From NCBI GenBank assembly GCA_043719805.1, contig JAYSTI010000001.1:4161-68160 (forward strand): a stretch of DNA of 64,000 bases, in the 5' to 3' direction. Of the stretch, positions 1-10,234 are shown piece by piece; the stretch's first letter is position 1, and each line of letters starts with the position of its first letter. Under the pieces are notes generated by a model. The model was not told where the DNA came from. It ran no database searches and saw only the letters and a program-made list of their open reading frames with translations. Made by a program: the position numbers and the translations under genes. The DNA comes from Candidatus Lloydbacteria bacterium. Lineage in GTDB: Bacteria; Patescibacteriota; Minisyncoccia; Phycocordibacterales; UBA6899.

Positions 1-278
1 AGTATCTCGTGCTTCAGCGAAAGCTGCAGCGCGTAATCCGCTATTTGCCACGGGCTGCAGGAAAGATAATGTGTCTCTTCAGGATTCTTGCGCGATGCGG
101 ACCCGGTGATGATTTCCTTTATCACCCCGACGTACATACCGTGTTTTTTTGTCGCCTCGACAAGCGCTTCCTCTCCGGGAAGCATTCCGTGCACGCGTAC
201 CGGCTTTCCTTCGTATGTCCCTTCCGCGGCACCATCGTGCGCTATCTTTTCCGCCTTCATCGTGAATACTTTGTTCAT
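1..278 (-). CDS. RlmD/RumA-like RNA (uracil-5-)-methyltransferase, N-terminal TRAM part (runs off window start)
   Basis: Manual translation MNKVFTMKAEKIAHDGAAEGTYEGKPVRVHGMLPGEEA...HYLSCSPWQIADYALQLSLK; TRAM-like LPGE motif and WQ..Y..QL..K pattern; absent from the ORF track because it is partial. Confidence 0.75.
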   Translation of the reverse strand, partial: MNKVFTMKAEKIAHDGAAEGTYEGKPVRVHGMLPGEEALVEATKKHGMYVGVIKEIITGSASRKNPEETHYLSCSPWQIADYALQLSLKHEI

Positions 279-364
279 GGGTGTAAGCCTACGCGAACTT
301 GACTTTTTTGCAAATAGATATTAAATAACGGGAAGACAAACACCACTCACGAAAGATTTCGACC

Positions 365-580
365 ATGGAAAACACAGGCAAGGCACTGGGCATTCTCGCT
401 CTGTTAGCGGGCGTCGTAGGCATCTGCTACGTATTGAAATCACTACACCTCATGAACGCAGTTATGTTTCCCAATTACGATTGCGGCAGGACTTGGCACG
501 TGGAAAATCATGGACTAACGAATCACGCACGGCTAAACCCCGTGTTTTTTTATTTTCCAATTTTTATAATGCTATACTGA
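365..580 (+). CDS. small hypothetical membrane protein
   Basis: ATG start, N-terminal hydrophobic helix ALGILALLAGVVGICYVL. Confidence 0.45.
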   Translation: MENTGKALGILALLAGVVGICYVLKSLHLMNAVMFPNYDCGRTWHVENHGLTNHARLNPVFFYFPIFIMLY

Positions 581-585
581 TGACC

Positions 586-1119
586 ATGAAACTTATCGTC
601 GTCAGGCACGGAGAAACAGATGCGAACAAAGAAAATAGACTGCAAGGCTCGGAAGGCCCAAATCTACCCCTTAATGCAGAAGGACTTGCGATGATTCAAA
701 AACTGAGCGAAGAGTTGCTAGTCTCTCCGGAGATTATGTATGTGTCGCCACTTTTGCGCACTCAAGAGACCGCGGAAATATTAAACAGGCGTTTTCAAGT
801 ACCAGTCGTGTTAGTTCCTGAAATACGTGAGCGCAACTTCGGCTCACTGTCGGGCAAATTCCGCAAAGACATCAACCAGCAACTCGTTCAAGATGACCTT
901 GAGGGTCACTACGACTACCACCCCTACGGCGGCGAATCAGTCGAAGACGTTACAAAGCGCGTGCAAGAATTCATCCAATCACTGCAGACACGAAAAGAAA
1001 CAAGCATCGTGCTTGTCACCCATCGCGGCGTCATCCGTATCCTCTACGATCTCTATCCGTACGACGTCACCGCGGCAAACATCGTCCCCGGCTCAATACA
1101 CATTTTTGAAATTTCTTAG
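586..1119 (+). CDS. histidine phosphatase (phosphoglycerate mutase-like) family protein
   Basis: LIVVRHGET, SPLLRTQETA, ERNFG, GGES and VTH motifs. Confidence 0.92.
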   Translation: MKLIVVRHGETDANKENRLQGSEGPNLPLNAEGLAMIQKLSEELLVSPEIMYVSPLLRTQETAEILNRRFQVPVVLVPEIRERNFGSLSGKFRKDINQQLVQDDLEGHYDYHPYGGESVEDVTKRVQEFIQSLQTRKETSIVLVTHRGVIRILYDLYPYDVTAANIVPGSIHIFEIS

Positions 1120-1251
1120 ACAAAATGAAAAGTGCTCCCACCGTATAAAGATAAATTCTACTGACACTCATTGTGCCGGTAATATCTTTTGGTTAGAGTC
1201 ACTTTTGCGAGAAATATTTGCTCCACGATAGAGCGAGGTTTTCTCAACCCC

Positions 1252-1596
1252 TTATTTGTCGTCCCACACGCCGAGCACTTTGTGTGCAAAGTCGATAGGA
1301 CAGAGTCTAATGTGCTTCACGTACGGAGTGCCAAAACTCCTGTTGCAAATTTGAATTCCGGTTCGCGAACTCATGTGCTCGGTAAGCACGAGCGCGGGCC
1401 GTTGATGATATGGCATCTTCATGTCCGGCGACTTTTCTCGGAGGACCCCGACAACATCGGAAAAGATTCTATCGGTCTCGGGAGACTCGACGCGCTTTTC
1501 GACGATATACCAGGTCTGAAGTACAGAAGCACCGATTATGGCGGGCTTTCCGCGTTCGACAGAACGCTGGATCCTTTTTGATTTGCGAAGGTTCAT
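1252..1596 (-). CDS. hypothetical protein
   Basis: AAGGAG SD before ATG (MNLRKSK), divergent promoter upstream. Confidence 0.6.
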   Translation of the reverse strand: MNLRKSKRIQRSVERGKPAIIGASVLQTWYIVEKRVESPETDRIFSDVVGVLREKSPDMKMPYHQRPALVLTEHMSSRTGIQICNRSFGTPYVKHIRLCPIDFAHKVLGVWDDK

Positions 1597-1644
1597 GGCA
1601 CACTCCTTGAGGAACAATGCGCAGCAAGACGCTACGTCACTACT

Positions 1645-1712
1645 TTATATCATTAATTTGTAAATTGTCAAATATTGAAAATTTGACAACCTTGCATACA
1701 ACTGTTTATGTG
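1645..1712. promoter_or_regulatory. back-to-back divergent sigma70 promoters
   Basis: Palindrome TTGTCAAAT-N7-ATTTGACAA (1665-1689) gives TTGACA on both strands. Confidence 0.55.
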
Positions 1713-1770
1713 TATTTTAGAAGCACGCCCCAAACCACCGAACAATCGGTCAAACCATCGAAGGAATGCC

Positions 1771-2073
1771 ATGACAACTCCAAGAGGAACGATGACACTC
1801 TCCGCTTTCATGAAGTTGATGGATGCGACGCTCAAGGTCAGCATCGTCGACAACGCAACGGAGGGCGAAAAAATCTCAGTGTCGCTTGATGGCGCCAGGT
1901 ACGGCACGTTTGAGAGCATTGGACAACCATCTTCCGGTCGTAGTACTCCGGGATGGGGAAACACGTTTGACGGGGCAGCCGGAGACCTGATTGCCGAGAT
2001 CAACAAATTTAACTTTGTCTCATTAGAGGCCGGGAAGTGGATTCCCCTTCCGAAAATCAGCACATTTCAATAA
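1771..2073 (+). CDS. hypothetical protein
   Basis: AAGGA SD before ATG (MTTPRG), hairpin plus U-tract downstream. Confidence 0.6.
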   Translation: MTTPRGTMTLSAFMKLMDATLKVSIVDNATEGEKISVSLDGARYGTFESIGQPSSGRSTPGWGNTFDGAAGDLIAEINKFNFVSLEAGKWIPLPKISTFQ

Positions 2074-2182
2074 CCCGTTTGACAAAGCTTGGTCAAAGCA
2101 TTCAAACTCGCTCGTTGCGAGTTTTTTTCTTACAAAAAAACCCGCCATGTGGCGGGTTTTGATTCGGAAAAAGAACTGTTGC

Positions 2183-2338
2183 TCACCCTGCGACGTTTGA
2201 CTGTACGTTCGACAGTATCGTCTCTGTGAGCCCAAAGAACGCGGTGAGGGTTCCCTCAAGTCCGGACATCATGCCCGGCATAAGGAGCTTCAGAACCACG
2301 ATCGTAAGTCCTAATCCCAATGCCTTGAAGATTCCCAT
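2183..2338 (-). CDS. small membrane protein (51 aa)
   Basis: Manual translation MGIFKALGLGLTIVVLKLLMPGMMSGLEGTLTAFFGLTETILSNVQSNVAG; followed by terminator AAAACCCGCC-ACAT-GGCGGGTTTT. Confidence 0.65.
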   Translation of the reverse strand: MGIFKALGLGLTIVVLKLLMPGMMSGLEGTLTAFFGLTETILSNVQSNVAG

Positions 2339-2610
2339 AACGTTTCTCTGTTACGGAGGAGATCCTATCGACACAGGACCTAGGACCACTAATCGTGTCC
2401 ATTCCCTCCCCGCGTGCGAAAGAGACGCTACGAATGTATCTCGCGCATAAGGGGGGGCTGAAGCCTGCTATTTCCTCGACTGGCAATGAACTCTCGTTCG
2501 TTGTCGCCTACTAACATAATTATGGAACACGAACGAAAGAGTTGCAAGTGGCGGGTAATTTTGCTCCAAGTTATAATAGAGAAAGATGTATCTTTGATTT
2601 AAGGACCCTC

Positions 2611-3174
2611 ATGCAAAACACATGGGTAATCATCACGGGCGCCTCAGGCGCTGGTAAGGACGTTCTCACAAAAGGTATTCGCGCGCATTTCACGAATTCG
2701 GGAAAGGTACTGACGTCGACAACGCGACCGCAACGCCCCGGCGAAGAAAACGGCAAAGCGTATAACTTTTTTTCGCAAGTGGAGTTCGAGCGAAGGATTG
2801 CGCTTGGCGAATTCGTCGAGTACGTAAATGTACATGGATTTCTCTACGGCACCCGCCGCGAAGACCTTGCAGCCGCACGACGCGGCCACCGTCTGGTCAT
2901 TTCCCTCATGGACCCGTTTGGCGCGCTTGCCATGCTCCAAAAATATCCCGATGCGCGGACGATATTCGTTGACGCGCCAAGAGAGGAGCTGCGTCGACGC
3001 CTCATCGCACGAGGTGACACAAGAGAAGCGATCGCCGTCCGAATGAAAACTCGCCGCAGCGAAATTCGCCTGAAGGATGAATTCGGGCTCTATGTACAAA
3101 ACATCGACCTCGCAGAAACTCTGGCAAAGATAGTCCGCAACATCACCAAGTGGGATGCCGGAAGCACCACATAG
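2611..3174 (+). CDS. gmk: guanylate kinase
   Basis: GASGAGK P-loop, TTRPQRPGEENGKAYNF, YGT motifs. Confidence 0.9.
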   Translation: MQNTWVIITGASGAGKDVLTKGIRAHFTNSGKVLTSTTRPQRPGEENGKAYNFFSQVEFERRIALGEFVEYVNVHGFLYGTRREDLAAARRGHRLVISLMDPFGALAMLQKYPDARTIFVDAPREELRRRLIARGDTREAIAVRMKTRRSEIRLKDEFGLYVQNIDLAETLAKIVRNITKWDAGSTT

Positions 3175-3294
3175 CCCCGCCCACGACCCACCGCTTTCGG
3201 TGGGTTTTTTGTCCCCAAAAACGGAGCAGATAAGCATTCTTTCTGCTATTATTATGTAATGATATTTCAACTACTCATCAATCGCTCCTACGGC

Positions 3295-5262
3295 ATGCAG
3301 CGAATAATAATTCGCCTTGTTCTGGGAATCATAGTTCCCCTCTTGGCAATTGGCATATTTATTTTGTATTTTGAACGTTCCACACTTAATGCCGTCGCAA
3401 TAAGCAATGCAAGTTCGGTTACTGAATTGAAGGGCGCACAAATGTCATTGTGGAGTGTCGAATACGAAAACGAAAATAACGACATCGCTGCCGACAGCGC
3501 AATCAACACCATACTGAAACAGGAGGCGACCTCCTCAACAGATGTTGCTCTCGCAAAACGACAATACGATCAGATTGGCGCAGTTCTTAAAGAAAAAATT
3601 CAACATCGTAAAGAGACGTATAAAGACATAATCCTTTTCGACCTCGTCACAGAGAAAATAATCGGCGAATATCCACCACAAACAAGTGAAACTGGGCTGC
3701 CTCTTTCCATACTCGCACAAAAAGCCCGCACAAAAATGACGATGGCAAGCGCGCATGACCCGAAAACCAATGTCCACACAATCATAATCGCAACGCCTTT
3801 TCACGACACATCTCCATTTAAAAATATTGTCGTCCTTTCGGAAATCTATGCCGAGTCATTCATCTCTATCGGCACCAATCATGCCGGCCTCGGCGACAAT
3901 GCCTCCTCCTATCTCATCGACTCAAATGGCACGGTTGTACGCTCCAACGTGGTTGATGACGTAGGACCCTCAGTCAATGCTTCACCGAGCTTTCTTGCCG
4001 ATATGTTAAGTCGTGCAATGCTGGAAAAAAGCGGAACATACACTACAAAACTTGAGCGCAAATCAAACACTATCATTTCATATGTATCACTCCCGGTCGG
4101 ATGGATACTTGTAACGGAGATTCCGGCGGACGCGCTCGCTGGCATCGTCAACTGGACGCTCCTCCTCAGTTTGCTTTTTGTATTCATTTTGACGTCGGTA
4201 CTCCTTACGATAGTCAATCTTCGCTCACTCATCACTCCGCTACGCAAAGCTAGCGAACAAATATCTCAGGCCGGGACGTCGCTTGCGTCAACATCACAAC
4301 AGGTTGCAACGCTTGCCCAGAGCAATGCCGATATCGCTGAGCAGGTGGCGCTAGGTGCTGTGACTCAATCAACGCAAGCAGAGTCAATTTCTCACTCCAT
4401 TGCCGAGTTAGCCGGTGGTGCACAGGGAATGCTCGGTACCGCAGAAGAAGCATCGCGCGTGGCAAAAGAAGTGTCTCAGGTGACACAGCAGGCGGGAGCA
4501 AAAGGAGAGCAATCACAAAAAAGCCTCGATCAAATCAGAAAAATGACCACTGACACTGCCGTCATCGCGCGGACCACGGGCAACCGTTCACGTGAAATAC
4601 GTACCATTGTCGACACCATCACAAAGATTGCCGAACAGACAAACCTTCTCTCCTTAAATGCCGCGATAGAAGCGGCGCGCGCCGGAGATGCCGGACGGGG
4701 CTTCTCCGTTGTCGCAGACGAAATTCGCAAACTTGCCGAGCAATCAGCAAATGCGGCAGAAGAAATTAAAGGTCGTGTGGAAATCATGCTTTTGCAAATA
4801 AACGACACCGTGCTCGCTGCAGAAAAAGGACTCGAGCACGCTGATGAAAACGCAAAAGTAGTCAACGAGTCGCTCGTCGACCTTCAAAGCATGTCCGGCT
4901 CTATCCAGCAACTCTCCGCGCGCATCAAGGAGATTACTGACCGAACCAAAGATCAGACAGCACTCGTACAGCGTGTCGCCGAAGGTATCGACGCCATCGC
5001 AAGTGTCGCTCAACAGAATTCAACGAGTTCGGAGCAGCTTTCAGCCTCGACGCAGCAGCAAAGTGCAGCAAACCAGCAGGTGGCTGCAGCCGCACAACAA
5101 CTACAAGCCCTTGCTACAGATTTCCAGCAGTTGACCGGGGGTTCTGTCGTAGAGCCTGCGCCGGGCTCGCATCACGAGCACGCGCTCCTCCGAAGCAAGA
5201 AACCCATAACCGCATATGTGCTCGAGAATGAATCCCGGGATGAAGGTGGTCGCGCCGCATAA
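3295..5262 (+). CDS. methyl-accepting chemotaxis protein (Cache-like sensor, 2 TM)
   Basis: [38 protein letters not shown] signalling hairpin. Confidence 0.92.
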   Translation: MQRIIIRLVLGIIVPLLAIGIFILYFERSTLNAVAISNASSVTELKGAQMSLWSVEYENENNDIAADSAINTILKQEATSSTDVALAKRQYDQIGAVLKEKIQHRKETYKDIILFDLVTEKIIGEYPPQTSETGLPLSILAQKARTKMTMASAHDPKTNVHTIIIATPFHDTSPFKNIVVLSEIYAESFISIGTNHAGLGDNASSYLIDSNGTVVRSNVVDDVGPSVNASPSFLADMLSRAMLEKSGTYTTKLERKSNTIISYVSLPVGWILVTEIPADALAGIVNWTLLLSLLFVFILTSVLLTIVNLRSLITPLRKASEQISQAGTSLASTSQQVATLAQSNADIAEQVALGAVTQSTQAESISHSIAELAGGAQGMLGTAEEASRVAKEVSQVTQQAGAKGEQSQKSLDQIRKMTTDTAVIARTTGNRSREIRTIVDTITKIAEQTNLLSLNAAIEAARAGDAGRGFSVVADEIRKLAEQSANAAEEIKGRVEIMLLQINDTVLAAEKGLEHADENAKVVNESLVDLQSMSGSIQQLSARIKEITDRTKDQTALVQRVAEGIDAIASVAQQNSTSSEQLSASTQQQSAANQQVAAAAQQLQALATDFQQLTGGSVVEPAPGSHHEHALLRSKKPITAYVLENESRDEGGRAA

Positions 5263-5311
5263 GCGGCCACGGTCGGCACCTCACATTGCGCCACACATCA
5301 AAAGCACCAAC

Positions 5312-6145
5312 ATGAAAAAAAGAATTGCGATATTTTATCGAGAAGACAACAAAAGGGCGCACAACTGGAAAAAGAAGATTGTTGCGCACATGGCCAAGCA
5401 TCATCCGAATGTTCTCGTCGTAACTGAAAAACCTCATTACATCATCGCACTAGGAGGTGATGGAACAATACTCGAAAGTGCACGCATGTTTCGCAAAGAT
5501 GCACCAACGTTGCTCGGCCTGAATCTCGGCCACGTCGGCTTTCTTGCGTCTGCGCGCAGGCCGGCACAATTCATCGGCGCCGTAGACGCATTACTTGCCG
5601 GAAAATTCGTCACCACCAACCGCATGATGCTTGCGGCAAAGCTATTTCGCGACGGAGCGGAGATTTATGCGACAGACTGCCTCAACGAGGTAACGGCGCA
5701 GGGAATTTTGGGCTCCATCAAAATGACTATTTCCGTCGACGGGCACCCCCTACAATACGTTCATGGCTCAGGAGTCATCGTCGCCACGCCGACCGGTTCC
5801 ACTGCATACAATCTTTCCGCGCACGGACCCATCGTAACCCCGGATATTCATTGTATGATAGTGACCGAACTCCTCGACCACAATATTCCCACCCCATCTC
5901 TCGTCCTTAAAAACAACAAAACCGTACACATCAATATCACCGAGGTGCGCAAAAGGAAGATTCTCGTGATGGTAGGCACCGGTGAGCCGGTAGATGCGGT
6001 ACTCACCGCAGACGACCTAAGTCTTTTTCCCCTTCGCGAACACGACCAAATCGAGGTCGCAATGTCCAAGCATGTCATTAAATTTGCCGAGTTTGAAAAG
6101 AGCTATTTTCTCAAAAGCCTGCAGAAAAAGTTTGCATTCCGCTAA
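5312..6145 (+). CDS. nadK: NAD(+) kinase
   Basis: GGDGT, LNE, ATPTGSTAYNLSAHGP motifs; start could be further upstream. Confidence 0.93.
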   Translation: MKKRIAIFYREDNKRAHNWKKKIVAHMAKHHPNVLVVTEKPHYIIALGGDGTILESARMFRKDAPTLLGLNLGHVGFLASARRPAQFIGAVDALLAGKFVTTNRMMLAAKLFRDGAEIYATDCLNEVTAQGILGSIKMTISVDGHPLQYVHGSGVIVATPTGSTAYNLSAHGPIVTPDIHCMIVTELLDHNIPTPSLVLKNNKTVHINITEVRKRKILVMVGTGEPVDAVLTADDLSLFPLREHDQIEVAMSKHVIKFAEFEKSYFLKSLQKKFAFR

Positions 6146-6169
6146 TTTTCTGCGATACAATGGTTGTAT

Positions 6170-6358
6170 ATGAAAAAACTGCACAAAAGTAATGACTCTA
6201 AGGTCGCAAGCGGTGTGTTTGGCGGGGTCGGTGAATGGATGGAAGTTAGTCCGGGTATTCTACGATTTGCCTATATCATCGTCGCAATTCTTACCGGTGT
6301 CCTTCCGGCAATCATGCTTTATTTAATCGCCCACTTTCTCATTCCAAAGAAAATATAG
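6170..6358 (+). CDS. PspC domain membrane protein
   Basis: KKLHKS..SKVASGVFGGVGEW...ILR...YLIA pattern. Confidence 0.85.
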   Translation: MKKLHKSNDSKVASGVFGGVGEWMEVSPGILRFAYIIVAILTGVLPAIMLYLIAHFLIPKKI

Positions 6359-6364
6359 TGTGAC

Positions 6365-6393
6365 AAAAAAGACCCCATGCGGGGTCTTTTTTT
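6365..6393. terminator. bidirectional intrinsic terminator
   Basis: AAAAAAGACCCC-ATGC-GGGGTCTTTTTTT between convergent genes. Confidence 0.8.
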
Positions 6394-6420
6394 ATTCTCT
6401 GTATTGCTGACGTAGAGCGA

Positions 6421-6476
6421 GCGACCTAATTTTCACGACCGAAGGAAGATGAAAACGGAAGTACTCACATGTGGTG
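6421..6476 (+). repeat. structured repeat family B copy (GACC-hairpin-AAGTACTC-N3-4-GTGGTG)
   Basis: Similar copies at 24587-24644, 41968-42022 (minus) and 55766-55820. Confidence 0.65.
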
Positions 6477-6527
6477 CGAAATGAAAAAGTCTTCTTTTTC
6501 ATTTCCGAGCCGAGGAGAGCTAGAAAA

Positions 6528-6605
6528 GGTTTAAAACCACGTAACTCTGTCACGGACTCGCGCAATCTCATTGCGAGTCGGGGGCTTGCCCTCTGGTTTT
6601 ATACC
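6528..6605. repeat. inverted-repeat element next to the cyclophilin stop codon
   Basis: GGTTTAAAACCA...TGGTTTTATACC arms; inner ACTCGC..GCGAGT hairpin. Confidence 0.45.
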
Positions 6606-6607
6606 TT

Positions 6608-7324
6608 TTACTTTACTTCAATCGACTTAATGACCACCGGTGTGATGGGGCGGTCCTGCTCACCCGTCGGGACTGCATCGATTGCATCAACCACCCCAAG
6701 GCCTTCAACGACCTCGCCAAAGATTGTGTAGAGGGGAGGTAAGGGATAATCGGCGGCCATAATAAAGAATTGGCTTCCATTTGTATTGGGGCCGGAATTC
6801 GCCATTGCGAGAACACCGTGCTTGTACCCCTTCTGATACAAAGCGCTCGTTGGAACGATTTCGTCAGCAAAAGTATAGCCTGGTCCCCCACTGCCCCACC
6901 GTAGCACCTTCAAATCACTCTTAGAAATTGGGTCCCCGGCCTGAATCATAAATCCCTTGATTACACGATGAAATTTCACGTCATCATAGAAGCCTGACTT
7001 TGCGAGTTTAAGAAAATTCTCAACGGTCTTTGGTGCGTCAGCAGCGTGAAATTTAACCGTAATATCCCCCATGCTGGTGTGAAGTGTCGCATTGCTCACT
7101 TCGTTTGTTTTTGGTTCCATTGTAGTTTGTGGTAATTGAGTAACATTCGGCACTGGTTCGACAGAGGTCGACGTTGCAATCGGCACGCCATCCACGGTTA
7201 TTTCCGCCGCGGGAATGGTTGTGGCTGTATCGGTCTTCGGTGTGCTACCACTCGAGAGATACAACAATGCGGCAATTGCCACGATAATAATTCCTCCTCC
7301 GACTATCCACGTTGTTTGATTCAT
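6608..7324 (-). CDS. cyclophilin-type peptidyl-prolyl cis-trans isomerase, N-terminal membrane anchor
   Basis: FHRVIKGFMIQAGDP, AMANSGPNTNGSQFFI, YTIFGEV. Confidence 0.95.
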   Translation of the reverse strand: MNQTTWIVGGGIIIVAIAALLYLSSGSTPKTDTATTIPAAEITVDGVPIATSTSVEPVPNVTQLPQTTMEPKTNEVSNATLHTSMGDITVKFHAADAPKTVENFLKLAKSGFYDDVKFHRVIKGFMIQAGDPISKSDLKVLRWGSGGPGYTFADEIVPTSALYQKGYKHGVLAMANSGPNTNGSQFFIMAADYPLPPLYTIFGEVVEGLGVVDAIDAVPTGEQDRPITPVVIKSIEVK

Positions 7325-7425
7325 GTGATAAAAATTACCGTCAATAATACCAAGAGAGTATACCATCCGAGCTGCATTAATTTCAACAAAAAACCCGCTC
7401 GGAGCGGGAATGGCCTTAGTCTGTG

Positions 7426-8193
7426 TTATTTCGTAAATAATGCGACCGATTGCCTGAGGTAGCGCTCCGCAAGCAAGATGTCGAGAGGATCTTTCTTGTC
7501 CCCGCTCGGGCGAAGTTTCGACTGTGCATCGAACGAAAGTTTTGGGTATGCGGCAACAAGCGACGCGACAGGACCCATCGAGTATGGTCCGATACCCCCT
7601 CCAACCGCAGGAAGTAGGTCTGGGCAATCCGCCACAAGTACTCCGATGTATTTCGCGAGCAAGTCGGCATCCATGTCTTTTCCCTCGCCCATGCTTCTAT
7701 CGAAAAGCACGGCATCAACAGAGTTGCCATAACTCATCAGTCGTTCGCAGGAGGCAACTGGGTCGTCACCACAGACGGCCATCGCGTTAGTGCCCACCTG
7801 AAGTACTATGGGAATGTTGAACCGCTCGCGAAATTTTCTGAGCTCAAGCGGGTCCGGCCAAATCATGTCGAGCTGTATCGCCCGCAGGTACGGCCCACCG
7901 TAGCTCACCACCATAGCCAGCGTCTTCGCCAGTTCACGGTCTGCATTTGTTCCAACAGCATAGTCAGCGTAGTGAATGGTATTCAACGCCCGTGGGTCGG
8001 CAATGAATATCGCACTGATATCCTCCTTCTTCGGGAAGACGTCTGTCCACTGGCTTGGAACGTCATAGAGCGTTTTGTGGCTCATCATGAGACCAATCAT
8101 CACGTCATGAGAAAACCCGTAAGGAACGAGCTCAGCGAGTCGCCTCGCCTCTGCCGCCGATGCAACATCGCAAATACCGATATATGGTTTCAT
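7426..8193 (-). CDS. TrpF/PRAI-like TIM-barrel protein of unknown function
   Basis: IGICDV, IQLD, VLFDRSMGEG, VGGGIGP, FDAQSKLR resemble PRAI-fold motifs; own SD GAGGAG and terminator. Confidence 0.6.
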   Translation of the reverse strand: MKPYIGICDVASAAEARRLAELVPYGFSHDVMIGLMMSHKTLYDVPSQWTDVFPKKEDISAIFIADPRALNTIHYADYAVGTNADRELAKTLAMVVSYGGPYLRAIQLDMIWPDPLELRKFRERFNIPIVLQVGTNAMAVCGDDPVASCERLMSYGNSVDAVLFDRSMGEGKDMDADLLAKYIGVLVADCPDLLPAVGGGIGPYSMGPVASLVAAYPKLSFDAQSKLRPSGDKKDPLDILLAERYLRQSVALFTK

Positions 8194-8327
8194 GAGAATT
8201 TCTCCTCTGTGAACAACTGCCCCAACACTAGCAACTTGGAATAATTCTGTCTATTCACTCAGTCAAGCTGGAGTGATGGGATTGTTTCAAGAAAATTTGA
8301 CGCAGTATCTAATTACAAATTGTAAAC

Positions 8328-8615
8328 TTAAAAGCTAAGGGTTTTTCGCGTCAATCGAGAGTAAGTCATTCCCATGACCATCCGTTGGCCCACCTCATTT
8401 GGCTCACTTACAGTTATATGCACCGAGTAGGGATAGCCCCTGGACTCAATGTATTCCTTTATTTCCCGTGTAACATCTTCCTTACTTTTTGACCTCATCT
8501 CAATGCTAGATACGTGGGTGTCCTGCATCAACTCCTTAAGCTTTTCTATAATTTGCTCATCACTCTCTAGTCCTTCCCAGTCAATTTGTGTTTCAAAACT
8601 TTCATGCTGTTTCAT
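8328..8615 (-). CDS. hypothetical protein
   Basis: 95 aa acidic ORF in an AT-rich segment. Confidence 0.55.
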   Translation of the reverse strand: MKQHESFETQIDWEGLESDEQIIEKLKELMQDTHVSSIEMRSKSKEDVTREIKEYIESRGYPYSVHITVSEPNEVGQRMVMGMTYSRLTRKTLSF

Positions 8616-8841
8616 TTTATGTAATGAAAATTATAATATTATTTACTCAGCCTATCAGTTGGTTTTTATACTGGCAAACCAATTTCAGAAATATTACGAA
8701 TGTCACATTTTCCTTGATATTCCTTACCCAAAACAACCTACTGAAAAAGGCTCGAACTCCTCCTCTCTTCCGAGAGAGCGATGGGTCATTTCTGGGATTC
8801 CACTTAGCAAAAATCCAACGCCACTCCTCTTAAGCGAGGGA

Positions 8842-8975
8842 GATATGTCATATTTGGAGACCCCGCAAGGTGCGAAGCTTGGGTCCGTCAAGGCATTTTA
8901 CTTGACGGATTCGCACCGAGGACGGCCTTGTCGCTCCGCAGGAGAGCGACAAGGTTGCTCCAAATATGACATATC
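8842..8975. repeat. MITE/REP-like palindromic element
   Basis: Perfect 18 bp arms GATATGTCATATTTGGAG / CTCCAAATATGACATATC; inner hairpins TCCGTCAAG..CTTGACGGA and CCTTGTCGCTC..GAGCGACAAGG. Confidence 0.75.
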
Positions 8976-8988
8976 ACCCGAGCGGTAA

Positions 8989-10232
8989 TCACTCGTATCG
9001 CAGCGCCTCGATCGGACTCTTCTTAGCCGCCTGCCGCGCAGGATAAAGCCCAAAAATAATTCCCACCCCACCCGAAACACCAAGTCCGATGAGCGCAGCC
9101 TTCCATGGGAATGCGAAGAGCCACTCTACGCTCAGCTGTTGCGACAGTACGATAGATGCAGCATAGCCAAGCAGAATTCCCAAGGCAATACCGATGGCCC
9201 CACCCACCATCGTGAGGAGTACCGCTTCAAGTAAAAATTGCGTCAAAATATCTTTATTGGTTGCACCAAGCGCTTTCCGCAAGCCTATCTCCTTTGTTCT
9301 CTCTGTGACCGACACAAGCATGACGTTCATCACGCCGATGCCGCCGACGACCAAGGATATCGCGACCACAGCCGAGAGGAACGCAGTAAGCACCGAGAGT
9401 ATCGTACCTATCTGGTCTATGGCCGCCTGCTGGGTCTCAACATAGAAGTCATCTTTTTCCGGATCAGTAGTGTTGTGCATTTCGCGAAGTGTCGCTTTGA
9501 TGTCTTCAACCGAACGCGCGACCGCCTCTGGGCTCGAAACCTTCACCATGACTTCGTTGTAGTGTTTCCCCGACGAGAGATACGTAAGTGCTGTGGAATA
9601 CGGAATTACGATCATCTTATTTGTGTTGAAGAGTCCTCCCCCGCCCTTTTTGAGCACTGCAACAACGCGAAAATTCTTTGAACCGATACGTATCGATTTC
9701 CCGAGAGGTGTCTCGCTTCCAAAAAGGTCATCGGCAATTTCACCACCAAGCACCGCTACTGCCGCTTCCTGCTTGATGTCCTCCTCGTCAAAAACTGCTC
9801 CGGCCAGAAGCTTCACCTTCATCATGCTTACCATGAACTCGGCAGACCAGCCGTAGATGGTGGGATGTTCGATCTCCGCCCCGTACGTCACTGCTTCGGA
9901 GACCATGAGCAACGGTGCCGACGGACGTAGTCAGGCACATTCTCCTTCCTGCGAAGCGCATCGACTTCCCGCTGCTTGATGGAATCGGCAAATAACGTCT
10001 GGGCAATATCCGTCGGGCCTGATGGTTTTCTTCCGGGGCGTACGACGATGGTCTCCGCACCCATACCCTGAATTTGCCCCAAAATAAGCGCCTGAGCCCC
10101 CTCACCTATTGAGACGATGAGGATGATGGAAGTGACCCCGATGACGATCCCGAGCACAGTAAGTCCAGAGCGGACACTGTTGGTGCCGACTGCTCGTCCT
10201 GCTGATCTCGCTGTGTAAAAAAATGAAGACAT
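8989..10232 (-). pseudogene. MacB/FtsX-like ABC transporter permease, split by a frameshift near 9920
   Basis: N-part (RSGLTVLGIVIGV) in ORF 9888-10232 and C-part (GGIGVMNVMLVSVTERTKEIGLRKALGA...PIEALRYE) in ORF 8989-9912; one added base rejoins them. Confidence 0.8.
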
Positions 10233-10234
10233 AA

